A DNA stretch of 64,000 bases from Halocafeteria seosinensis. Lineage: Eukaryota. The number at the start of each line of letters is the position of its first letter. Within the stretch, counting starts at the first letter, position 1. Location: the NCBI GenBank assembly GCA_001687465.1, contig LVLI01000135.1, positions 1 through 64,000 of the forward strand. The letters are read 5' to 3'. Positions 50,401 to 60,856 of this stretch are shown piece after piece. The translations under genes were made by a program, and so were the position numbers. The notes beneath the pieces were generated by a model. It searched no databases, was not told the origin of the DNA, and worked only from the letters and a program-made list of their open reading frames with translations.

Positions 50401-51024
50401 CAAGATTTTGTGGAAGCATACAAGAGCATCCCCAAATCAGATAAGCCAAGAAGGGAGTCCATTAAAGAGATAGAAAAGAAAAGAAGGACTCTAGACTTGT
50501 TTACAACCGACGCAATTAAGCCTAAAGCTGACCACTTCGTTCTAGGAAAATTGGGTGGAGCTCCTTTGACGGCGAGATCGGAGCCTTCTCCCCGGGTGGA
50601 AGATCATACGGGAAGTGTGGAAATTCCCGTGTTTCCTAAGAGATCCAAGCGGCGAGCAAGTATCCATCAGGATACTGGGATCAAAACACGATCTAAGGTG
50701 GTGGAAAAGAAACGAAGTAAAGGGGTAGACGCACCTCTCCAGAGGCAGGCCGCGACGCCACAGAAGTCAACAGACTTCAAGACGGATGTTCAAATTGCTA
50801 ACTCTCCTGCCACCCCTTTGGACGAGTTTTTACAGAATGATATCACCGATTTCGAAACCCCAAGAGAAGATGGACTTCCCAAGACACAGTTTTCGCTGGC
50901 CAATGTTCTTCACCCTTCTCAAACCCCTCGAACAAAATCGAGAACTAGGGGGAAATCTCCTGACAGACGTGTGTTCTCCCCTTCGCTAAAGCGTGCAGGC
51001 CATGCCATATTGAGCCCCCATTGA
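47427..51024 (+). CDS. Multi-exon hypothetical protein with IQ-like motifs and low-complexity C-terminus
   Basis: Chain of + strand exons with GT/AG ends (47710-, 48397-, 48730-, 49299-, 49810-51024); ALQIQRLWKK and IKTCQRIWKEY. Exon boundaries approximate. Confidence 0.6.
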
Positions 51025-51072
51025 GTCACTATATCCTTGCAATCTTAAGTGTATATTGAGAACGCTACCCTA

Positions 51073-54000
51073 CTACACAGGAACTTCGAGATTATCCAGC
51101 AAGAACGCATACTCAAATGCGCGCTCCCGAATCCACTTATACCGATCTGATGCACTAAAGTGTCCCGAGGACAAATCGGTCTTTAATATGATGGGGTTCT
51201 TGGAAGTCGTCTTCTCCCGCAGTCTTACTGCAAACTTTGCGGCTTCCCAGTACCCTACGCTGCAACTCGTCAAACCAATGCACTAAAGGATTACAAACAG
51301 GCATGTTGTGTAAGAGGGGTACCACATACCGGTGGTCATTCAATCCAGCTTGCAGCAGCGTAATGGGGTACGGCTTTGCCGCGATGTTGTTCATGGGAGA
51401 GTATGACAACATGTACTGCATAAAGGAAACTTTCAAAAATGAAGACGTTGATATATCCTACTTTACGGACGGACTTACATCATAGTACTTGGACTCATTT
51501 GGGTTTCCCCATTCTTCCCATTCTTCAACCGTAAGAGGAATCGATGGATCGCACATCGTTGTCATCAAGTCCACGAATGGCACCGCGGCGACCACGCATT
51601 TCCACAATTCAGGTCGCAGATTTAGGGCATTTCCCATCAAAAGGCCGCCCGCAGACCTTCCGACAGTTGCAATCTTTGTCTTTTCCGCCCAACCCTGATC
51701 AGTTCCCAAGCAGCGCTTAACTCAAACGTATGCGGTTACTTCTTAAGTGCTGGTTTTACATACCAGGTCAATTAATTTATCCGCACAGTCGACGAAGTCA
51801 TAGAAGGTATTTTTCTTTTGCAGGAACTTGCCTTCGTCCTCATACCACTTGCGGCCCATTTCGCCGCCTCCTCGCACATGGGCTGGGTAGACAAAACCGT
51901 TGTGGGACGTCGTTCATTACCGGCTACCACCCTTTATTAATCACTTACCAAAGGCATACACCACCCCTCGGTCGCAAAGTGACAGCACTTTGTAATCAAA
52001 ATCCATGTCGACACTCGCTCCGTAACTCCCATAGCCTGGACACCATTCGCCTTATGTCTTGAGGCTGAATAGTGACTAAGACACACTACAAGAGCACTTA
52101 CCATCAAGCAGCAGAGGGGCTGGGTTGCCGATGAGAGTGTGACCTGACGACGACCCCGGATTCGCGTGCTTGGCTGGGCACCAAACAAGAGAGACCGGAA
52201 CCTGTGTACCATCTCTTACTTCAACGAAGATACGGGTAGTGGCGTAATTCTTGGAATCAAAGTTCGGTACTTCTTTCGTTTTAAGCACATGGGAGTTCTT
52301 CAAGGAAGGTTCACGATGCGGTACCATAGCGTCTTTTTTCACACCGGAATCTCCTGAACGCGAGTCAGCTTCGACATCGAATTCATAGGTCGTTTGAGGG
52401 CAAGTAGGTGATGAGTAAGTGTATCGCAACCTGGATGCATCCCACTCTTCATTTGCCGGACTTGTGCAAATGTCGTACACTTCATCAATCGTGGGTATCC
52501 TGCTGACTGTTGGGACATGTTCTACGCAGCGGTCCAAGTTGTCCAAATTAGCCAGGGCCTGTTTTAATGAAGCAGAGTGCACAACCCAAATATGAGGATG
52601 GCTATTTTGGCGACCTTCAAGCACAATGAAGTCACTGAGCAAAGAGAAGGTAGCATAATGTAGTTGTTGTTTTAAACGAATCGACATTTTTGTTTGACGT
52701 ACCGGAAGCAATCAACGTCCTCAATGACCACCTCATGCCGATGAGGAATTAAGTCTATCCACTTAGAATCCTGTTGACGTTCCTCCACAACTGGTGTCAC
52801 ACAGACCTTAAAATTCTTAGCTACTCCCGCGTTGGTAAGAATTAGAAGCAAGTCTTTTTCTACTCCTTGAGAATCCGCATAAATCCAGTGGTCAACCTCG
52901 TAAAGGACATCCTCCTCCCGTGGCTTAACTAATGACATTGTTGGAGCGTATTTTCTCTCTCGTTTACTTGGATTCTTCAACCAATCATGTACTTTTCTAA
53001 GGTCTAGTAGATGGCATTCAGCCGTCGTTTTGCTGGTCGCTTCCGCCACAAGAAAGCGCTCCGAGCGCGCTTTCCCTATCTCCAATACAAATCTATCGTC
53101 TTCTTCCTCGAGCAACATGATGTCCTGGTTTTGCTGTGTACCAACAATATGCATCCACAACTTATCAGGGCGCATAGTTTCGTCCTTGGTTGTGTAAAAT
53201 AACACATTGTCATCAACACCCCATTCGAGGTTACCCGAAGTTTTTCTGAGAACGAAATCTGGCTTTGCACTGTGCCCCGATGCTCGCCTATAGTGTACGT
53301 CGTAATTCTCATTCCCTTCGTAATCGACACCTGCCAAAACAACAAGGAACGTCTGTCATGTATCCAGGAAACATTTCTTACTCTTGTTTCGCAAACGTAC
53401 CATAAGCTACAAATTCATGGGAAGGAGACGGAGAAACAGCCGTCACGTCACAATGGGACTTGCCCTCACCAAGAGTGTTCACATCCAGATATAGCTCCTC
53501 TTTACCCGGTTTTCCATTTTTCAAAAACTGGCGACAATATAATGGGTAGCTAAGACCTTCTACAGTTCGCACAAAATACTGGTACGGCCCATGCTTGTAA
53601 GGCACTTGGCTGTCCGTCTGCTTGAGCCGTGATAGCATCTCTCGGTAAAGTGTATTCGTCGAGCCCGAGAGATGCCGCGTCACATAGTCAGCATACGTGT
53701 TCTCCCGCTCCAAGTGTCGAATGATATCCGGATCTTTCCGATCATCGTCTCGAAGCTGCACCAAAGGATTATAGTTGGTGATTGTCCTCTTCAGTCTCAT
53801 CGATGCGCGACTTACCCAGAAGAGGTCATCGTTGTGAACAATTGGTGGATTCATGGGGTTATCACCTCTGTCTTCTCCCTCGACCTCGCCGAAATAGACA
53901 TTGTGAGGGATCTTTTCCGGGCCTGCAATCAGTGATCAACACACAAAACAAAAAAAAAAAGCAGCTATAACGCTTATAAACTTTCTTTTGAGGAAGTCGT

Positions 54001-54208
54001 CTCTATTCTTACATGGCGGTCGTCGTGCCTGGATGTCTCTGACCAAAGATGCGGTCGACAGCGTGGCAGCAGTAGCGCCAAAGTAGAGCAGTGGATAGAG
54101 TCCACTGGAATCCGTGTTGGAGCCCATTATCGTACTTGTACAAGCCTTGGAAACAACAGAAAAGCGCTTTCGATTACACTGGGTTGCTCTACTGCAACTT
54201 GCAAGCAT
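51073..54208 (-). CDS. ptrB: Oligopeptidase B (peptidase S9A), multi-exon
   Basis: [21 protein letters not shown]; beta-propeller region; [10 protein letters not shown] (catalytic Ser); [44 protein letters not shown] (Asp); [10 protein letters not shown] (His). Confidence 0.95.
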
Positions 54209-54610
54209 TCACAGTCTATAATCCCTCAATTCACACCGACTCTGGTCAGAGTCCTTGGAGCAAGACGAATTCAACAACAAAATGACCGGGGAACCGCTAT
54301 ACAACACTTTTGTAGCAGGTGTAATCAAGATGTCCCGAACGATCGGCTTCAACTTTTTTTTCGGAACAACAACTTACGACAATCTTTTCGTCGAGCTAGG
54401 AATTCAAACGAGGCTTTCTTGACCATTGCCGTCATTTTACATCAATTTCAGAGGATTACTATCCCCCTTATTGTGGTCAATCGATGGTTTCTCAGTCTAT
54501 TTTTGTATGAACCTTGGCGATACACCCGTAGATTGTACTATTGTTGTTATCGAGGGCAAAGAGCATCTGCGCGCTCCAATTTGAATTGCAAAAAAGCGCT
54601 TTGGAACACT

Positions 54611-56661
54611 ATGGAGAAACAACAGGCTGTACAAGACGAAGAACAGGTTGTTAAGCAATTTTCGACATGTCTGGAAGCTTTTGGAAAGGAATTAAAATGC
54701 CCCGTCTGTCTAGGATTAATGGATAACCCATACGCTGGAGCCTGTGGTCATCCAGCGTGCTATGAATGCTTCGTACATGCCTTGGAGGCTACCAAGTGTT
54801 GCCCCGTATGCAAAACCCCCGGAAAAAAGCGATCTTTGAGGCCAAGTATCCGGTTTCAGTCGTTTGTGCACGCGTACCGCTGTCTTCAGCCTCAGAAAGT
54901 GCGCAATAATTTGCAAACTCAGGTATGAAAGTTGGAAGACTGCCGCCTGCGCTGTCACGGCTCATTGCTGGTTTTATGCAGTTCTCCCAACTTATTGGCT
55001 CGACCCAAGTTTTCGGAGCGATGATGGGGAAATCCAAAAGCTCTCTAGACAATATAGATGAAGCGACTTCGAGTGCCGCTCCCGTTGATCGTACACATCG
55101 CACTTCTGCGGCGTCCGCAGCACCGACAGCTATTCCGTCGGCAAGGGCAGTGACGCAGGAAACCAGCAGCGACATCCCTGCTGAGTCCGCCGTGGTGACA
55201 TCTACTAGTGAGACCACGAACTCCGCCTCCTGTGCAACCAGCGTTGGTGTCTCTCCGGCTACTGCAGCCCACGAATCTGTGGTTCCTAACCAGGCGAGCA
55301 GTAGGACAGATACGAGGACGCCACAAAACCAGAAAACTAACAAAAGAACTAAATCGAGTAGTAATAGCTCAGGGAAGAAAAGGTCTCGACGTCCGTTGGG
55401 GGAAAGAAGTGCCAATAGAGTGGTTGAACCAAAGCAGCAAAATAGCTCTCGAAAGAAACGGCGAGACATCCCTTCCTGCAGAAGAAACGAAGGCACCTTA
55501 GCAGGGAAGCTCTTCTCTGCACATACAACTGAAGAAGATATTACGCGCATACTGTTGGAAGAACCGGTTGTATTTTGCTGTGATGGTCTAGCGATGGAAG
55601 AACGAAATCACCTACAGAACCTAGCGGACAAGATTGGGGCTACCATCCAGGATAGTTGGAGCGAAGACGTCACTCATTGTATTTTGTCCACTGTGGCTGT
55701 AAACACAGATAGAGACCACGCCACCGTGGAAGATGTTCAACGAGTTGCCCATTCTACTGCTGCAGTGCGCAGTGGCCGTGGCTCTCAAAGACTTCAGGAG
55801 GAGCAAGTAAGAACAGAGAAGAAGCGAAATCGGTTTTTCTTGGCACGTAAGCGAACATCGAAATACTTAATGTCTATACTGTCAGGAGCGTGGGTTCTCG
55901 GTCCGGATTGTAAGTGCGAAAGCGGCTTTCTACGTATCCACCGGTTCGGTAATTGTTCTTTTCTTTCTCAGGGATATCTGCATCCAGCATGGATACAGCT
56001 CCTACACTTATCGGAGAAGATCCGTACCAAGTTATAGGAGACGTGGAGACGGCGGCTTCATCGCTTTGTAAGACCATGATAAACAATGGGCCGCGACTGG
56101 CACGGTCTCTCGCTGTTCGCGAAAAAGAGAGTCCAGCCACTGGCATACTAGATGGCCGTGGCGTGGTTTTGATTGGAGAATGGCAATTTCCAGCGCCTAT
56201 AGAGAAGGATATAATAGAGATGCTAAATTATCTTGGGGCTGGAGTACGTAATCAGAACAGGAGTACTGCTTGATATAAATCCATGACTGGTGTCCATTGC
56301 TGCAGCAGATTTTGCGCCCTGAATCCCGAGAAGATGATTTCCGGAATTTTATGAAGGACGCGGATCAGCGTTTCATCGAGGTCATTGTCCTTGCTGACGC
56401 AGATAACTGCCGATGTAAGTTCCGTGGTCAGTGGCGGGGCATTAACTGCCTTCCCTCTTCATTCCAGTTGTCACCAACGCAGTGGCCGGGTTTTTGGATG
56501 ATGAAATAAAGGAACGCCGAAACGCGTCGCGGATGAATGCAGTCCAATTGAAATTGGCGCCCTTACAATGGCTATATGACACGATCTGCACGTTTTCGTT
56601 GGTAGAAACTTCAGCCTATAACACCACAGTCCGAGTGTCGAGGGCTGCGAGAAAGACGTAG
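54611..56661 (+). CDS. BRCA1/BARD1-like protein: C3HC4 RING plus tandem BRCT
   Basis: ELKCPVC..CGHPACYEC..CPVCK RING; BRCT1 VTHCIL..RTSKYLMSILSGAWVL; linker GPRLAR; BRCT2 ends APLQWLYDTICTF in the last exon; stop at 56659-56661. Confidence 0.85.
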
Positions 56662-56734
56662 GATTGCCTTCCCTGGGCTTGACTTGTGCTGCACATTGGA
56701 ACCTGGCCAAAAAGCCTAGTTAAGATAAGTGCAA

Positions 56735-59625
56735 TCACTGTGGAGCGTGACTGAAATGAGGTGTGGTGTAACCGATACCAGTGGAAGCGATGGTGAAGAG
56801 CCCAAGGACGATAGATACTATCCGTTCTTGAGACAGAACCACGCCGGGCCACATTGTCAATGCCAACACGTTATCGCGCACAGTTTCTCGAACGGTGTTC
56901 AGAGCTTTTGAAGTTTGGTGGAGGGTGTGCAAGTTTTTTTCTTCGACTGCCGAACGTTCGCCCCTTCGAATAGTTCCCTGACGGGTCTCCAACTGTTCTA
57001 CTGCCGTCTGTTGGTTACCTAAGAGTTGGACCTGCCTAGTTTGTTGCTGTTGCAACTTCGAGGCGTTGTAGAAGACGTACAAAAGTACAGCTATGGCGTA
57101 TAAAGCGTCCATCAGCACAGTGCTGTTCAATGCGATACTTTTGTCGTTTACCAGTACCAAAAGGAGATGTCCCAGAGCGAAACCCACCATAATCATAGGT
57201 AGCAGTAGGACACAGCTGGAGTCTGCAAAAGCTTCCTGAGTTTGGTAGAATAGGTTCTGTCTAATGTGGATCCAAGAATATATATTCTGGGGATTCTCAG
57301 GCAGGACATTGTATGAACAACGCTCTTCCTTGCTACAACAGCAGTTGTCCGCTATCCAAGAACATATATTCTTGGAATTCTCAGGCAGGACATTGCATGA
57401 ACGACGCTCTTCCTCGCTATTCGTCGATCGACAACAGTAGTTATCCGCTTTAGCATCGTTTTTCATCACAAGAAGCTTCGTCACATGTTTCATTGTTTCC
57501 AAACACATCGAAGCGGTTCCTCCGGCTACATAAAGTATCATAAAGACTGCAACGCCCATTAAAATCGCACTACCTCCTCGCATCACCCAGTATCCAGTAT
57601 TGTTCATATCAGAAACGTCTTCTAACAGTATCGGCCTTCCGCTAGCAATTCTTGATACAAAGGAGCAAGCCACATGTAAGGCAAAGACGAACCCGCCCCC
57701 CCAAATCGAGACTCTTTTTTCTTTCTTTACTAGGTTCACCCGGGCCTTCAACAAGATATCGTTTTCTATCTCTTCAGTCGTCCAGCTCGAGCTTTCTACA
57801 CCCCTGTTCTGATGCTCTACATCCTCTGGCTGATCTGCGAACGCTTCCATGGATTTTGTCACAATCCTACATTGGCGAATCCTATGCGACTGCTTTGATA
57901 GTGTACTTGTTGCAGACCAGCCAGCATAAAGGATGCAGACCCCTGTGAAAAGGGTCAGGTACTGGTGAGCAGCTGCCCGAAATGCCTCTCTGACAGAATG
58001 TTCTCCCACTTCTTCTACTGAATAGTATACTGCAATACCGAAGATTGCCAAACAAACGCTGTGAGCAATCAGCATTACACCTATTTTGCAATAGGCACAG
58101 AAAGTGCGATCTCCTTCGTGGCTGAATCCAATCGGGTTGGCGATGGTGATCCGGCGCGTGACCGCTCGCCATGGATTGCGGACAAATAGTCCTTTCCCTG
58201 GTCCCCAGAATGAACGTACGTGCCGCAATCTGGCGCGTTTCCACAGTCTTTGAGACCACTCATAGCACCAACTTACTCGCGAGCTTCCTGTATATACTCT
58301 GTCTTCATGGTTCGGTCCTAGGGAAGATATAGTCTCACTCCCAGGCTGGATGTTGTCCTCGCGATTTCCGAGTAAAGAGTCGATCGGAGCTTGTACTGAG
58401 CGGTTTAGTTCGTTTTGAAATAAATTAGCCACCGTTGCTCGTGCGATCTTAAAAGCGCTCTTCAGGACATGTAGGCATATAGCTGCATTTAGCAATGCTT
58501 CGATGAAAAAGAGAAAACTAAATTTGAGATCCTCCAACAATTCATATTCCCAGATGGAAGTTGATAGCCTATGTCGGAAACTGTGTTCCTCGGGGTTCAC
58601 GCCATCGGTCTGGATTTTAAAGTAATCAGACTGCGTGATTACTTCATTCTTCTTGTTTGTCTTTGAGACATCGGGGCTCATCACAGATTCTCCGCGACCA
58701 TAGAGGTGATGGTCCAAAGCACCGGCTTTAATAGTTTTTACTCGAAGCTGCTCCTGAGAGTTCTCGTCGTGTCTTCCCTCATTGTGGTATGCCATGATAT
58801 AGGATACGCTTAGATCCACGACAGAAACGAACCATTCTTTGGAACATTGCCTCCCGCTCCACTCTGCGAATTCCAACGGTAATATATGCGCAAGGACTAC
58901 GCCGGGAAACTCAAACTTATTCCGTACTCGTCTAATATCACGAAAGAAGTTTCCCGGGATTTGGATTTCAGAATCTCTGGGTTTTCGAATCAGAAACACT
59001 ATTCCAAGTAAGTTGCCGATGTTTGAATCCAGTATTTCCTTCATCCAATACTCTGCCTGTTTAATCCAATATGCTAGTCCTTTTACCCAAGGTACAACGG
59101 GTTTCTCTCCAAACACCCCATCGATGGTAACGTAGACGATATTAGCACTTTGAATGTACGGATAGGATCCAGCGTGGACTCGTCATGATCTAATTCCCTC
59201 CATATCAGCTTGAAAGTTCCGGAACCCCCATTGCTACGTCGCGCAAATTCGTTGTTTGCCCCAGACTGGGCTCCTGTATTGCGCTGTTGGGGTACGGCAA
59301 GTCTCAGATTCTCGATCCATGAGGGATCAAATGCATCTTGCCCGAGGTTACCAACGGAAGTAATCCAAAGTGGTTCCTGTCGCTCTGTCGCCTCAGAATC
59401 CGGATGAAGATTCTGTGGATACAAGTCGTGGCCTGGAGTGTTTGGAATGGCACAGGCGATCAATCTGTCACCTGGTCGAAGGTATGGAACAGAAAGACGC
59501 ATCTCCCTCGGAGGGTCCCTGTCGTCCTGGTTATTGTCACGACGTAGCGGTTTGTACATGTCTTTCGTTTTTTCAGTGGGATCCATGTCCATGCTCATAT
59601 GGTTCATTGTCCGACGCTGTTGCAC
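56735..59625 (-). pseudogene. Paralog A: Ras-like-domain + PHTF/7TMIC-like membrane protein with a 1-nt frameshift near 59160
   Basis: ORFs 59083-59625 and 56735-59116 both align to paralog B. At the junction, gat cct atc cg tac att caa agt gct lacks one base relative to B (gat ccg tta gcc tac ata caa agt gct). Could be an assembly error. Confidence 0.75.
57270..57449 (-). repeat. In-frame tandem duplication (84 bp period) inside paralog A
   Basis: NYCC..SEEERRSCNVLPENSKNICSWI / ADNCCCSKEERCSYNVLPENPQNIYSWI; also visible at DNA level. Confidence 0.9.
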
Positions 59626-60562
59626 TGGCTAGAGATACAAAGAACACCAGACGCAAGATTGCTAAACCTTTGGGTCCTGAATTGTCTCGTTAGCGATTGA
59701 GGCTCTTCAACGCGAGGTGGGTGACTTTACGAAAGCTTAACAACACGTTGCTTTCGGCGGGTATTCTTCCATGGCGACGCGTTCCCTCTGCTGCACTGCA
59801 GGCCCAAACCGCCCGGCGCGTGCCATGTTCTGTACAACTGTACAGTACTGTACTCGTTCATGTCGTCGTACCCCGAGTAAACTGGGTACAGCAATGGTGA
59901 TGGACTGGAACTACATTTCAGATCGATCCTTAGATATTCATGGAACTTTGCGTCTACTGATAGCCGAGCAACCCTCATGATTAGTCGTTCCTCCCAGCTG
60001 CAGCGCCATGTGTGAGGTAACGTCGATTACATATTGTATGCACAGACTTTACTAGCAAGGCCACGAAGTCGAAAATACAAAGAATGAGACATTCAGTGAA
60101 TAATGAAAGCCTCAAATTCTGTTGCAAGCATGCGATGTAGAAGATGGGGTGCATGGGTGTGTGTACTCGGCGGAGCCATTCGCCGCCAATGATTCGCGTA
60201 CCCTGTCGGTGTGCGACGAATTCCCCGGCGGTCTCCTTGCTTTCCGTCATCGAAAAAAGTCTATGCACACCTGCACTGGTCAATATGGCACTCAACATAT
60301 CTAGCTTGCGGCCGAAGGGGATCATTATGTAGAAGTGGACTTGCGTGTCATTTGCCACCAAGTTATTCATTTTCGCAGCATCAACGAAATCGTCCTAGCT
60401 GGTCTACCTTGGAAAAAATGATACAACAGGTGACACTTACCGTCGTTTTCCATCTTCTGTCATCCCATTCTATAGTCAGCTGCATCGCCTGAACATTTAT
60501 TGCCGCAATCATTCGACCCAATGGCACCTAGCCGATGACGGCCAAACCGTGTGCGGCCGTGT

Positions 60563-60564
<2 letters not shown>

Positions 60565-60612
<48 letters not shown>

Positions 60613-60619
60613 TGTGTGT
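60565..60619. repeat. (GT)n microsatellite
   Basis: About 22 perfect GT units plus a short tail, between the two paralogs. Confidence 0.97.
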
Positions 60620-60856
60620 TGGTATGTGTCCCATTAGCAGCCCCACGGGAAAGAAACCAATAGATTCGTTAAAAGGACAAGTGGTATAACACTAGTATAG
60701 TTTAGTCAGATACTATTTAGACAAGGATTCAAACGGAATACCATGGTGAAAACAGGCAAAAGTTCAAGCAACGAGATTAGTAGTTCGTAAATTTCCAGAT
60801 CACAACAACTAAATTTGCATACGATGTCCGAGCAGGTTTATCTGGCCTTTCACTGA

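Noticed and set aside
54789..55550. 253-aa hydrophobic antisense ORF
   Set aside because: Antisense to the low-complexity linker of the BRCA1-like gene; no motifs.
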